A stretch of 64,000 nucleotides of DNA. It comes from Alphaproteobacteria bacterium. Lineage in GTDB: Bacteria > Pseudomonadota > Alphaproteobacteria > JAPOUT01 > G958296285. Shown here piece after piece: positions 29,937-40,091 of the stretch; position 1 is the stretch's first letter, and each line of letters starts with the position of its first letter. Both the position numbers and the translations under genes were made by a program. The DNA lies in contig CBDBUR010000002.1 in assembly GCA_965212115.1 (NCBI GenBank), forward strand, positions 817,658 to 881,657, in the 5' to 3' direction. Under the pieces are notes generated by a model. It saw only the letters and a program-made list of their open reading frames with translations. It searched no databases and was not told the origin of the DNA.

Positions 29937-31117
29937 CTCGCAAAATAATTGGTGATGATCTTTTCATAAATGCGCGCAAGCTGTTTGATGTCGTCGATGG
30001 CCGCCCATTCATTGACTTTGTGGATGGTGGCTGTGGTCAGGCCGAATTCAACGACGCGGGCATAATCTTTGATGTAGCGCGCATCGGAAGTTCCGCCGGT
30101 TGTTGCCATATCGGGTTTACGTCCTGTGCTTTGCTGCACCACATCGCGCACGAGATCGGAAAACGCGCAAGGTTTTGTCAAGAAGGGGGCGCCATTATTT
30201 TCGCATTTGAGCGCGCAGCGGATTTTCGGATAAGGCGCTTTGATTTCATCGACGATCTGGCGCATGGTTTGTTCGAGGCTCTCGGGGGTTTGGCTGTCAT
30301 TATAGCGGATATTCCATTGCGCGCGGCATGAGGCTGGGATCACATTGCGCGCCGGATTGCCGGTATCGACGGATGTAATTTCGAGATTAGAGGGCATAAA
30401 GTTTTCGGTGCCTTCATCGAGGATATGCGCATCGAGCCGCGCGAGCATTTGCGCCATGATCGGCATCGGATTGCATGCGAGGTGCGGATTGGCGGCATGA
30501 CCTTGCTGGCCATAGACGGTGAGATCCATATTGATGCTGCCGCGCCGCCCGATCTTGATCATCTCACCGATTTGATTGAGGTTGCTGGGCTCGCCGACGA
30601 GGCAATCGTCGATTTTTTCACCGCGTTCGGCCATCCATTGCAGGACTTTTTTTGTGCCATTGATGGCGATGGCTTCTTCGTCGCCGGTGATCAGCAGGCC
30701 GAGCGAGCCGCGCAGCGCAGTATGCTGTTTGACATAGCGCGTTGTGGCCGTGAGAAAAGCGGCGATTGCGCCTTTCATATCGGATGCGCCGCGTCCATAG
30801 ACTCGCCCGTCGGCGATCTGCGCGTCAAAGGGCGGATAGTCCCAAGCGGCGAGATCGCCGACCGGCACGACATCGGTGTGGCCGGCAAAACACAAAAAGG
30901 GCGCGCGATCCCCCAAACGGGCATAGATATTTTCGACCTCGCCAAAAACGAGCCTATGGCAGATGAAGCCCAGCCCTTTGAGATGAGTTTCAACAATATC
31001 GAGTGCGCCATCATCTTTTGGCGTCACCGACTGGCAGCGGATCAGCGCCTGAGCGAGCGCGATTTCTTCTTCCTGAGCTTCCTGAGCTTCATGTGTTTCC
31101 TGCCCGATCTGTTTCAT
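29933..31117 (-). CDS. dapE: Succinyl-diaminopimelate desuccinylase
   Basis: FAGHTDVVP, GRGASDMKG, GDEE, GRRGS, GGTSDAR. Confidence 0.95.
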   Translation of the reverse strand: MKQIGQETHEAQEAQEEEIALAQALIRCQSVTPKDDGALDIVETHLKGLGFICHRLVFGEVENIYARLGDRAPFLCFAGHTDVVPVGDLAAWDYPPFDAQIADGRVYGRGASDMKGAIAAFLTATTRYVKQHTALRGSLGLLITGDEEAIAINGTKKVLQWMAERGEKIDDCLVGEPSNLNQIGEMIKIGRRGSINMDLTVYGQQGHAANPHLACNPMPIMAQMLARLDAHILDEGTENFMPSNLEITSVDTGNPARNVIPASCRAQWNIRYNDSQTPESLEQTMRQIVDEIKAPYPKIRCALKCENNGAPFLTKPCAFSDLVRDVVQQSTGRKPDMATTGGTSDARYIKDYARVVEFGLTTATIHKVNEWAAIDDIKQLARIYEKIITNYFAS

Positions 31118-31945
31118 TTATACCTCCCGCAGAAGTTCATTGATGGCGGTTTTGGCGCGGGTCTGCGCATCGACGCGCTTGACGATGACCGTGCAATAAA
31201 GGCTCGGCGCGCCTTGTCCTTGTCCGGGCAGGGACCCCGGCACGATCACAGCATAAGGAGGCACTTCACCGCGGAACACTTCGCCGCTTTGGCGGTCGAT
31301 GATTTTTGTCGATGCGTTGAGATAGACGCCCATCGACAGCACAGCACCCTCACGCACGATGACGCCTTCAGCGACTTCCGAACGCGCGCCGATGAAACAA
31401 TGATCTTCGATAATCACCGGACGGGCCTGTATCGGCTCGAGCACCCCGCCGATGCCCGCGCCGCCCGATATATGAACGTGCTTGCCGATTTGCGCTGCTG
31501 AACCGACAGTCGCCCATGTATCGACCATTGTCCCTTCACCGACATAAGCGCCGATATTGACAAAGCTCGGCATCAAAACGACGTCTGGCGCGATGAACGA
31601 TCCGCGCCGCACGATCGCCCCCGGCACGGCGCGAAATCCGGCTTCAAGAAATTGCTGCTTTCTCCAGCCGGAAAATTTAGAGGGCACTTTATCCCACCAG
31701 ATATTATCGCCTGCGGATATTTCGCAATTTTCGGTGAGGAGAAAAGAGAGCAGAATGGCTTTTTTGAGCCAATCATTTGTGATCCAATCATCACCGCATT
31801 TTTCGGCGACGCGCAGCTTTCCTTGATCGAGTCCGTCCAAAGCGTAATCGACAGCTTGCCGCAGTTTTGTCGCATTTTTTTTTTCGTCGAGGGCGCGGTC
31901 TTCAAACCCATCATCGATCAATGTTTGAGCCTGTTGTTGATTCAT
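31118..31945 (-). CDS. dapD: Tetrahydrodipicolinate N-succinyltransferase
   Basis: [29 protein letters not shown]; start MNQQQ at 31945. Confidence 0.95.
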   Translation of the reverse strand: MNQQQAQTLIDDGFEDRALDEKKNATKLRQAVDYALDGLDQGKLRVAEKCGDDWITNDWLKKAILLSFLLTENCEISAGDNIWWDKVPSKFSGWRKQQFLEAGFRAVPGAIVRRGSFIAPDVVLMPSFVNIGAYVGEGTMVDTWATVGSAAQIGKHVHISGGAGIGGVLEPIQARPVIIEDHCFIGARSEVAEGVIVREGAVLSMGVYLNASTKIIDRQSGEVFRGEVPPYAVIVPGSLPGQGQGAPSLYCTVIVKRVDAQTRAKTAINELLREV

Positions 31946-33003
31946 GATGGATTTTCCCGCAGATATTCTGTCCAACCCGCGCGGCCGCGCGTTTCGACTC
32001 GACGGAAGCCGACTTCTTCGAATCCGCGCTGCGTGCATTGCGCGCGCCCGGTGATCCGAAACTGCAGCCGCGTCAGACACATTGGAAAATCGCCAAACCA
32101 TGCGAGCGGCGCGCCCGACGTCATTCGGACTTCCGCGCCGTTTTGATCGACGGCCTCAGCATAGAGATAATAGCGCGGCTGTCCGAGTTTTTCGCGCAGC
32201 ATCATGGCGCATTTTTTGGGCCGAATGCGCAGCCAGCCTTTCGATTCGAAAGCGGGGTTGCGGAAATCGGGTTTTGAGCTGATCGCTCGATAGCCGACCG
32301 CCGCCCAGACGAGGTGGGGCGTTTCATTGCATAATTTGAGTCCGATGGTGACACCGAGATTTTTTTGCGCGCCGACGAGCAGAGCTTCAAAAAGCTTTTT
32401 ATTGATGACTCCGCTCGGACGCAGGCGCGCAAGACGCTGAAACTCAATGATGGAACGGCGCGTGATTTTGCCCCAAAAGCCATCGACATCGCCGACTTCA
32501 AAGCCATTTTCTTTCAACAGACGCTGCACACCAGCGACCATCGCGTGATTGTTTGAGTGGAAAGGCAGGGTCTGTTTGAAGGTTTTTTTCCATTGCCGAC
32601 CGCGCGTTTCGACGCGGGCGAAACCGGTTTTTTCGCGGCCTTTTTCGCGGCAGAGCACATGGCTTTTGATATAGAAATTTTTGCGTTCACCGCTGACGCA
32701 GAGCAACCGACTGCCGCCAAATATCAGCACAGCGCCCGCATGCTGCGGAGCTGAACGCGCATGGACATAATAGACTTTTTGTTTCAATTTTTCTTTGATC
32801 ACAGTTTGACAAAACCCCGGATAGAGGCGAAACCATCCGCGGACGATCCACCCGACTTTTGGAGCCTTGATGCCGATCGCGCCGTCAAGCACATGGCTGG
32901 TTTCATTGCAGAACTCAAATTGAGCCTGCGCAGGCGTTGCACAAGCCAAAAACGCTGCGGCGGCGAGAACAAAAAAAGCGATCGGTTGAGAAAGTTTCAT
33001 CAC
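31942..33003 (-). CDS. Exported protein with two DUF1036-like repeats flanking a peptidoglycan-binding-like domain
   Basis: Signal peptide; FCNET..GW..C and LCNET..GW..C repeats; central VQRLL..G..DGFWG..T..I..FQ. Confidence 0.7.
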   Translation of the reverse strand: MMKLSQPIAFFVLAAAAFLACATPAQAQFEFCNETSHVLDGAIGIKAPKVGWIVRGWFRLYPGFCQTVIKEKLKQKVYYVHARSAPQHAGAVLIFGGSRLLCVSGERKNFYIKSHVLCREKGREKTGFARVETRGRQWKKTFKQTLPFHSNNHAMVAGVQRLLKENGFEVGDVDGFWGKITRRSIIEFQRLARLRPSGVINKKLFEALLVGAQKNLGVTIGLKLCNETPHLVWAAVGYRAISSKPDFRNPAFESKGWLRIRPKKCAMMLREKLGQPRYYLYAEAVDQNGAEVRMTSGAPLAWFGDFPMCLTRLQFRITGRAQCTQRGFEEVGFRRVETRGRAGWTEYLRENPS

Positions 33004-33022
33004 GATAATTTTATCTCCAATT

Positions 33023-33913
33023 TTACCCTCGCAGATTGATCATCGTGCCGACGCCGTGGGCGGTGAACAATTCAAGCAAGAGCGCATGAGGCCTGCGACC
33101 ATCGAGGATGATGGCCGCCTCGACGCCTTGGCGCACGGCATCGATGCAGGTAGTGATTTTAGGCCGCATGCCATCAGTGGCGACGCCTGTGGCGATGAGG
33201 CTTTGGGCGTCTTCGGCGCTGAGTTTCGGCACGAGCGAGCCGTCGTGATCGAGCAGGCCGACGACATCGGTGAGCAAGATCAGGCGCGTGGCGGCGAGCG
33301 CGCTCGCAATCGCACCGGCGACGGTATCGGCGTTGATATTATAAACCCGCCCCTGTTGATCGGACGCGCACGGCGCAATCACAGGGATCATCGCGGCATC
33401 GAGCAAGGTCGTGATGATTGTCACATTGATTTTTTCAGGCTGGCCGACGAAACCGAGATCATCTTCTTTATTTTCGGCGCGCGCGGTGAGTTTTTTGGCT
33501 TCGATCAAATTTCCATCGCGGCCGCCAATGCCGACGGCGCAGCCTCCAGCGCGGATAATATCGTCGGTGATTTTCTTATTGATATGCCCGGATAAAACCA
33601 TTTCAACGATTTCAGCGGTGCGCTGATCGGTCACGCGCAGACCATTGCGAAATTCGGTTTGGATGTTCAATTGCGCGAGCATTTCATTGATCTGCTTGCC
33701 GCCGCCATGGACGATCACCGGCTGCACGCCGCTCTGTCGCAGCAGAACGATATCGCGGGCGAAATCGCGGGCGAGCTTTTGATCTCCCATCGCCGCGCCG
33801 CCATATTTGACGACAACAACACAGCCATCATAAAGCTGCATGAAGGGCAGCGCTTCGGCGAGAATGCGCGCGCGTTGATCTCCCTGTGTTTCTTGTTGTG
33901 TTTCTTGTGGCAT
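33023..33913 (-). CDS. argB: Acetylglutamate kinase
   Basis: VKYGGAAM, VHGGG, GLRVTD, NINAD, LTDV. Confidence 0.95.
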   Translation of the reverse strand: MPQETQQETQGDQRARILAEALPFMQLYDGCVVVVKYGGAAMGDQKLARDFARDIVLLRQSGVQPVIVHGGGKQINEMLAQLNIQTEFRNGLRVTDQRTAEIVEMVLSGHINKKITDDIIRAGGCAVGIGGRDGNLIEAKKLTARAENKEDDLGFVGQPEKINVTIITTLLDAAMIPVIAPCASDQQGRVYNINADTVAGAIASALAATRLILLTDVVGLLDHDGSLVPKLSAEDAQSLIATGVATDGMRPKITTCIDAVRQGVEAAIILDGRRPHALLLELFTAHGVGTMINLRG

Positions 33914-33924
33914 TATTTTGAATC

Positions 33925-35679
33925 CTATTCTGAATCCTGTTTTTTGAGCCCTAAATTACCTAAAAGATCGATCTCGACGCCCTGTCGTTTCATGATGATG
34001 CCCTGCTGCAGGGCTGAGAGGATCGTATTCCAAGTGGCATAAATAACAAGCCCTGCGGGAAAGCGCGCGAGCAAAAGCATGATGATGATGGGCATCCAAG
34101 CAAAAATTTTCCTCTGCACCGGATCGGGCGGCGGCGGGTTGAGGCGCATCTGAACAAACATTGTCGCCCCCATCAAAAGAGGCCAAATGCCGATGAGCAT
34201 AAAATTAGGCAGGGAAAGCGGGATCAGGCCGAATAAATTGAACAATGAAGTGGGATCGGCTGCTGAGAGGTCTTTGATCCAGCCGAAAAAGGGCGCATGG
34301 CGCATTTCGATCGTCACAAACAAGACCTTATAGAGCGCAAAGAAAACCGGTATTTGAAGCAGCATCGGCAGACAGCCCATGAGCGGCTTGACATCGTGTT
34401 TTTTCCACAATTCGGCGATGTCCTTATTTTGCGCCATCATATCACCTTGATGACGCGCGCGGATTTTTTCGATATCGGGCTGCATTTTGCGCATTGCGCC
34501 CATCGTCTCATAAGATTTATTCGCGAGCGGAAAAAACACCACCTTGACCAAAATCGTGACGATCAAAATCGCAACGCCAAAATTACCGGTCAGTTGTGAG
34601 AAATAATCGAGCAGCAAAAAGAACGGCTTGGTCATAAAAAAGAACCATCCCCAATCGATCATCAGGTCGAATCTTTCGATCGGAATAGCCTCCATATAGT
34701 TGTCGATGAGGTCGGTTTTTTTGGCACCGGCAAAGAAACGCGATTGCGCCCGAATCTCCCTCCCCGCCGCGAGCGGAATAGGCGCTGAGATAAAATCAGC
34801 GCTAAATGTTTCAGCGCGCTGAGCCTCTTCACGAGTGAATCGCGCGGTGAAATTATGGCGCGAGTCGGGGATCAAAACCGCCGCCCAATATTTATCGGTG
34901 ATGCCCAGCCAGCCTTTCTGATCGTTAAACTTAATTTCGGGATCGTCTTCGAGATCATCATAATCGATTTCCTCAAGGCCGGATTGAGAGAAAAACCCGA
35001 TGAGGCCCTCATGGAGCAGATAAAAGCCTGATGTTTCGGGCCGCTCTTTGCGCCGCAAAGCGCCCCAAAAGGAAACCTGCTGAGCGCGATCACTTCGATT
35101 GATCACGGATTGCGTGATCGTGAACATATAATTTTCATCGACAGAAATTTCGCGCCGGAAGATGAGGCTGGTTCTTTCATCTTGGTAAGTTAAAATAACC
35201 GGCTGCGTTGGGGTCAAGCGCGCTTTGGGATTGACGCGCTGCCACTTTGTCCGTGCGCCGACGATTTCGCCGGAACGATCTGACCAGCCAAAATGAGCCT
35301 GATAAAGCTGTGATTTGAGAAAATGCACTGGGGGAGCATTGTCTGCAAGACTTTCGCGGTAATTTGTCAAGAGCAGATCATCAAACAGCGCGCCGGGCAG
35401 GCTGATCGATCCTGCAAGGTTCGGTGTTTGAATATCGATGCGCGACGACACCGGCAGAGTCTCTTGCGGCGACAATTGACCTCGCGGCACGGGGAGCGTG
35501 GTGGTCGCGGAGGGCGCGGGGGGCGCGGGGGGCGCGGCGAATTTTTCGGCGGGGCCTTGCGCCGATTGAGTCTGATCGACGGGCGGCGGAGATGGGGGTG
35601 AGAACCAAATCTCCCACATAAAAATCACAAGCAGCGACAAGGCCAATGCGAGTAGAAAATTTTTTTGATCCTGTTGCAC
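33925..35679 (-). CDS. yidC: Membrane protein insertase YidC
   Basis: IDWGWFFF, GNFGVAI, GCLPMLLQIPVFFALY, WIKDLS. Confidence 0.95.
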   Translation of the reverse strand: MQQDQKNFLLALALSLLVIFMWEIWFSPPSPPPVDQTQSAQGPAEKFAAPPAPPAPSATTTLPVPRGQLSPQETLPVSSRIDIQTPNLAGSISLPGALFDDLLLTNYRESLADNAPPVHFLKSQLYQAHFGWSDRSGEIVGARTKWQRVNPKARLTPTQPVILTYQDERTSLIFRREISVDENYMFTITQSVINRSDRAQQVSFWGALRRKERPETSGFYLLHEGLIGFFSQSGLEEIDYDDLEDDPEIKFNDQKGWLGITDKYWAAVLIPDSRHNFTARFTREEAQRAETFSADFISAPIPLAAGREIRAQSRFFAGAKKTDLIDNYMEAIPIERFDLMIDWGWFFFMTKPFFLLLDYFSQLTGNFGVAILIVTILVKVVFFPLANKSYETMGAMRKMQPDIEKIRARHQGDMMAQNKDIAELWKKHDVKPLMGCLPMLLQIPVFFALYKVLFVTIEMRHAPFFGWIKDLSAADPTSLFNLFGLIPLSLPNFMLIGIWPLLMGATMFVQMRLNPPPPDPVQRKIFAWMPIIIMLLLARFPAGLVIYATWNTILSALQQGIIMKRQGVEIDLLGNLGLKKQDSE

Positions 35680-36063
35680 TTAAACTTTGTCCTTATTTTT
35701 GATGCGCCTAAGTTGTTTTAAGCTATAGGCGAGGTCTTTTTTCAATTTTTTATAGTCATGGGTCAAAACGGTTGAACGCGCGATGATGACGTAATCCCAT
35801 CCTTGTTGCGCGCGCGCGGGAAAGATTTCGGCGGCGGCGGCGCGCATGCGTCTTTTGGCGCGGTTGCGCTCGACGGCATTGCCGACCTTGCGCGATGCGG
35901 TAAATCCGATGCGGATTCCGGTCAACTCGCCTTGACGCTGTCGCGCCTGCATGACAACGCTCGCTGAGAAGACTTTACTGCCTTTTTTGGTCAGAGCGAG
36001 GAAATCCTGTCTTTTCGTCAGGCGTGTGATTTTAGGCAGACAGCCGTTTTCGTCCTTTAGCAC
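35680..36063 (-). CDS. rnpA: Ribonuclease P protein component (start uncertain, overlaps rpmH)
   Basis: [30 protein letters not shown] motif; candidate starts ATG 36120, GTG 36063, CTG 36039. Confidence 0.88.
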   Translation of the reverse strand: MLKDENGCLPKITRLTKRQDFLALTKKGSKVFSASVVMQARQRQGELTGIRIGFTASRKVGNAVERNRAKRRMRAAAAEIFPARAQQGWDYVIIARSTVLTHDYKKLKKDLAYSLKQLRRIKNKDKV

Positions 36064-36166
36064 GGCGTCGAGAGAGGATTTGGCGTCCGGCGCGCGTAGC
36101 AGAACGCGCTCGGAAGCCATGTCGTTTTTTACGCACACGCACACTGGGTTGATATGTCCTTTTCAT
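36032..36166 (-). CDS. rpmH: 50S ribosomal protein L34 (not in ORF track)
   Basis: Hand translation [50 protein letters not shown] upstream. Confidence 0.96.
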   Translation of the reverse strand: MKRTYQPSVRVRKKRHGFRARSATRAGRQILSRRRAKGRKRLSA

Positions 36167-36259
36167 AATAGAAGGTCTCCTGCACAGGTCATAAATAAAG
36201 GCGCGGGCGAGGTCAATAGACGAGTGCGTTATTTATCGAAATGGGCTATATTTGCGCCT

Positions 36260-37048
36260 ATGAAACAAGAGACTTCAGCTCCAAAGACTAGCTTTTCGCC
36301 ATCTCGGCTTGCGCTTCTTGGCGTGTTGATTACGCTGATGGTGGCGTTTTTTGTATCAGGCGGGATTGATTATCTGAGTCTTTCGGTTCTTGCCGAGAAT
36401 CGGCAGTTTTTAGCGGATTTTGTTGAGGATAATTTTTTTGAGGCGATCAGCCTTTTTGTGCTGATTTATGTCGTGGTGGTTGCGTTATCGGTGCCTGGGG
36501 CGGCGGTTTTGACGCTTAGTGGCGGATTTTTGTTTGGGGTCTTGCTTGGGACATTTCTTGTTCTAGTCGCGGCCACAAGCGGAGCGGTGATCTTGTTTCT
36601 CATCGCCAAGACCGCGCTCGGAGAGCCTTTAGCACGCAAAGCTGGCCCTGCGCTTCAGACCTTGCGGCAGGGTTTTGCTGAAAATGCGTTCAGCTATCTG
36701 CTTTTTTTGAGGCTGATGCCGGTTTTTCCGTTTTGGCTTGTGAATCTGGCGCCTGCGCTTTTGGGGGTGTCTTTGCCAATTTACATCACCGCGACTTTTA
36801 TCGGCATTATTCCGGGCAGCTTTGCCTATGCGTTTTTGGGGACAGGGCTGGATTCCATTCTGGTCAAGCAGCAGAAAATCTATGCCGAATGTGTTGAAAA
36901 ATCCCAGAAAATAGGGGAAAAAATAGATTGCACGGCAACACCTGGTTCTGCCGATCTCATCACGATAGAAATACTCGCGGCTTTTGGGGTTTTAGCCCTC
37001 GTGGCACTTTCACCGATCGTGATCAAGAAAATTCGAGACTCTACATAA
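36260..37048 (+). CDS. TVP38/TMEM64 (DedA/SNARE-associated) membrane protein
   Basis: LSVPGA..LSGGFLFG, YLLFLRLMPVFPFWLVNL, GIIPGS. Confidence 0.88.
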   Translation: MKQETSAPKTSFSPSRLALLGVLITLMVAFFVSGGIDYLSLSVLAENRQFLADFVEDNFFEAISLFVLIYVVVVALSVPGAAVLTLSGGFLFGVLLGTFLVLVAATSGAVILFLIAKTALGEPLARKAGPALQTLRQGFAENAFSYLLFLRLMPVFPFWLVNLAPALLGVSLPIYITATFIGIIPGSFAYAFLGTGLDSILVKQQKIYAECVEKSQKIGEKIDCTATPGSADLITIEILAAFGVLALVALSPIVIKKIRDST

Positions 37049-37090
37049 CAAATTGCCTTAATCGTCAGAATGTGATATTGAGCGCAAATA

Positions 37091-38365
37091 ATGATTTTAA
37101 TGCGCCTATCCTCTCTAGCCATCATGGCAGCGATTATCATGATAATGATCTTTGCGGCGATCCTGCCCCTCAATGATTATCGCACAGCTTGGCTTGAGGC
37201 GCGCATGACGACAGCGCATTCTTTGCGCGCCCCGTCTTTGCAAGCCACAAAGAACGTTGATTTTCAAAATGAAACTTTATTGAGCCGTCTATATGATACG
37301 GCAACAATTTTATTGTCCGGCGGCGATGAGATCATCAAAGTGATCGGCATATCAAAAACACCTCCGCGGCGGCAAATTGAAATTCTCATCGATGAGCGCA
37401 CGCTTTATCAAGATATGCGCGATTATAGTCATGTAATTTTATTGAGGATTTTTATCATTGTTTTGATCGCGGGTTTATTTCTATTGGCGCTGAAGCGCTA
37501 TGGGTTTAACCGACCTTTGCAAAAGCTCAGTCAAAACATGTCTGACTTTCAGAAAGACCCGGAAGATATGAGAAACATCATCATTCCGAATAAAAACATG
37601 AGCGAAATCGGCAATGCCGAACGCGCATTAGCGAATATGCAAATGACCATCCAGCAGACATTGCACCACAAAGCGCATTTAGCGGGATTAGGCCTTGCGG
37701 TCAGCAAGATCAACCATGATCTGCGCAACATCTTGTCAAGCGCGCAATTGTTTGCCGACCGCCTCACGACGAGCGAAGACCCAGCCGTGCGCCGTGCCAT
37801 GCCGCGATTAATTTCATCGCTCGGACGGGCGATTGATCTATGCACCCGCACACTTGAATATGGACGTGGCGACTGGCCTCGTGCACGAGCGCGTCAAATG
37901 TTATTGCGCCCTTTGGTTGATGAAGTTGGCCATGCGATCGACCTGCCGGAGAACGGCACGATTCGATGGATCAATGATATTCCTGCGAGTTTGCAAATAT
38001 GGGCGGATCATCAATATATTTTCCGGATTTTGCTTAATCTCGGACGCAATGCGATTCAAGCGCTGCAAGAAAACAAAAAAGATGACCAATATGATGGATA
38101 CATCACGCTCTCGGCACATGGCTCCGACGGTCTGGCCTATATTAAAATTCACGATAATGGCCCGGGGCTATCGCTGCGGGCGCGGGCGAATTTGTTCACG
38201 CCCTTTACAGGATCGACAAAAACAAGCGGCCAGAGCGGCTATGGTTTAGGGCTGCCGATCGCGCGTGAACTCGCGCGCGCATCAGGTGGTGATCTCAATA
38301 TCGAAGCGAGTCAATCGGGGGCATCTTTTCAGCTTATTGTTCCTCAGGCGCCCCCGAAGGCATGA
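37091..38365 (+). CDS. Membrane sensor histidine kinase (HAMP-HisKA-HATPase), orphan
   Basis: H-box KINHDLRN, NLGRNA, DNGPG, LFTPF, GYGLGL. Confidence 0.88.
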   Translation: MILMRLSSLAIMAAIIMIMIFAAILPLNDYRTAWLEARMTTAHSLRAPSLQATKNVDFQNETLLSRLYDTATILLSGGDEIIKVIGISKTPPRRQIEILIDERTLYQDMRDYSHVILLRIFIIVLIAGLFLLALKRYGFNRPLQKLSQNMSDFQKDPEDMRNIIIPNKNMSEIGNAERALANMQMTIQQTLHHKAHLAGLGLAVSKINHDLRNILSSAQLFADRLTTSEDPAVRRAMPRLISSLGRAIDLCTRTLEYGRGDWPRARARQMLLRPLVDEVGHAIDLPENGTIRWINDIPASLQIWADHQYIFRILLNLGRNAIQALQENKKDDQYDGYITLSAHGSDGLAYIKIHDNGPGLSLRARANLFTPFTGSTKTSGQSGYGLGLPIARELARASGGDLNIEASQSGASFQLIVPQAPPKA

Positions 38366-40076
38366 TTTTTTTTGCGACGCCATCGCGGCGTGGGTCAGCG
38401 CCGCCATCGATATTTCCTTCAACGATGCGAATCCCATGAAGCCCTGAGGTGAAATGGATCGCTTTGACCTGATGGCCTATTTTTTCGAGCTGCGGCGCGA
38501 GCGCTTCGAGCTTTGTGCCGATTTCGACTTCCACGATATCGCCTTTTCGGTGCGCCGATCCCAGCGCGACATGGCGCGGCAAAGAGATGGCCTCTTGCAT
38601 GGATTTTTGCCAATCGATCAAAGCGATGACGGTCTGCGCGACATAGGCGATGATGCGCCGTCCGCCGGGAGAGCCGATCACGGCGAAGAGTTTTCCGTCG
38701 GGGGCAAAAACGAAAGTAGGGGTCATCGACGATAGAGGTCTTTTGCCCGCCGCGACAGCGTTGGCGATCGGCTGGCTGCCGCGGCGAGGGCGAAAGGAAA
38801 AATCGGTCATTTCATTATTGAGGAAAAATCCGCCAACCATAATATGGCTGCCGAACGGCCCTTCGATCGACGAGGTCAGCGCAACGGCATTGCCGTGATG
38901 ATCGATGATGCTGAAATGGGTGGTCGAGGGCTGGGCGCGCTCATCTTGCGAGGGCGGGCGCGGCGTGAGCAAATGGCCTGCGGAGATTTTACTTTGAGCT
39001 TTGTCAAGGCTGATCTGCTGCGCGCGCCGACGCAGATAATCGGGCGCGAGCATGGCGTTGATCGGCACGGGGAAGAAATCGGGATCGGCGATGTAATGGC
39101 CGCGATCGGCATAGGCCAGACGGCTGGCTTCGGAAATCAAGTGGACGGCTTGAGCGCTTTGCGGCGCAATTTGCGCGAGGTCGAAATGTTCGACAATGCC
39201 GAGGATCTGCAGCAAAGTGAGTCCGCCCGATGAAGGCGGCGGCATAGCGCAGATTTTATATCGACGATAAGGGCGACATAGGACATCACGCGTTTTAGGC
39301 TGGTAGCTGGCGAGGTCTTGGCGTGAGAATCCATTATATCCGCCGACGGCTTTTGTGATTTTTTGCGCCAGCGCGCCTCGATAAAAACCCTTTGATTTTT
39401 TTTCGGCGAGCAGCGTTAATATATTCGCGAAATCTGGATTTTTGATGATCCCGCCTTCTCGACGCGGACGAAGACCGGACTTTGTTTTCTTGAAGAATAA
39501 TTTTCTTGCTGCCGGAGATTTTTTAAGAAATGGGTCGCGCGCAATGAGAAACGCGAGCTGCCGCGAGATCGGAAATCCTTGCCGCGCTTGTTTGATCGCC
39601 GGTTCAAAGAGCTGCTTCCATGGGAGTCGTCCATGTTTTTCATGTATAGCGGCGAGCATCGCGACAAGGCCGGGCACCCCGACCGATTGTCCTCCGATAA
39701 CCGCTTTGATAAAAGATTGGGGGATATTTTTTTCTTTCATAAAAATATCGGGTTGCGTCCCGGCTGGAGCGGTTTCGCGGCCATCATAGACCGAAATTTT
39801 TTTTTGTTGCTCATCCCAATGGAGTAGAAATCCACCCCCGCCGATCCCCGACGATTGCGGCTCAACGAGGTTGAGCATCATTTGGACGGCGATGGCGGCA
39901 TCAACGGCGCTTCCGCCTTTGGCGAGCATAGCGAGTCCGGCATCAACGGCGAGCGGGTGCGCGGCAGCGATCATCGCGGCACGCGGCGGCGTGTCCGCCG
40001 TGCAGGCCAGCAAAGCGAGCAGAAAAAGTTTTGCTGCAACAGCGCGCAAACCATATATAAGAGAGACCATAGACAT
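38334..40076 (-). CDS. ggt: Gamma-glutamyltransferase, probable lipoprotein
   Basis: EPQSSGIGGG, DGRETAP, TTHFS cleavage site, NNEMTDF, KRPLSSM, GSPGG; lipobox LLAC; alternative TTG start 40049. Confidence 0.92.
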   Translation of the reverse strand: MSMVSLIYGLRAVAAKLFLLALLACTADTPPRAAMIAAAHPLAVDAGLAMLAKGGSAVDAAIAVQMMLNLVEPQSSGIGGGGFLLHWDEQQKKISVYDGRETAPAGTQPDIFMKEKNIPQSFIKAVIGGQSVGVPGLVAMLAAIHEKHGRLPWKQLFEPAIKQARQGFPISRQLAFLIARDPFLKKSPAARKLFFKKTKSGLRPRREGGIIKNPDFANILTLLAEKKSKGFYRGALAQKITKAVGGYNGFSRQDLASYQPKTRDVLCRPYRRYKICAMPPPSSGGLTLLQILGIVEHFDLAQIAPQSAQAVHLISEASRLAYADRGHYIADPDFFPVPINAMLAPDYLRRRAQQISLDKAQSKISAGHLLTPRPPSQDERAQPSTTHFSIIDHHGNAVALTSSIEGPFGSHIMVGGFFLNNEMTDFSFRPRRGSQPIANAVAAGKRPLSSMTPTFVFAPDGKLFAVIGSPGGRRIIAYVAQTVIALIDWQKSMQEAISLPRHVALGSAHRKGDIVEVEIGTKLEALAPQLEKIGHQVKAIHFTSGLHGIRIVEGNIDGGADPRRDGVAKKIMPSGAPEEQ

Positions 40077-40091
40077 ATAGAGGAGTATATT

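Noticed and set aside
30425-31501. 358-aa plus-strand ORF
   Set aside because: Antisense shadow of dapE/dapD
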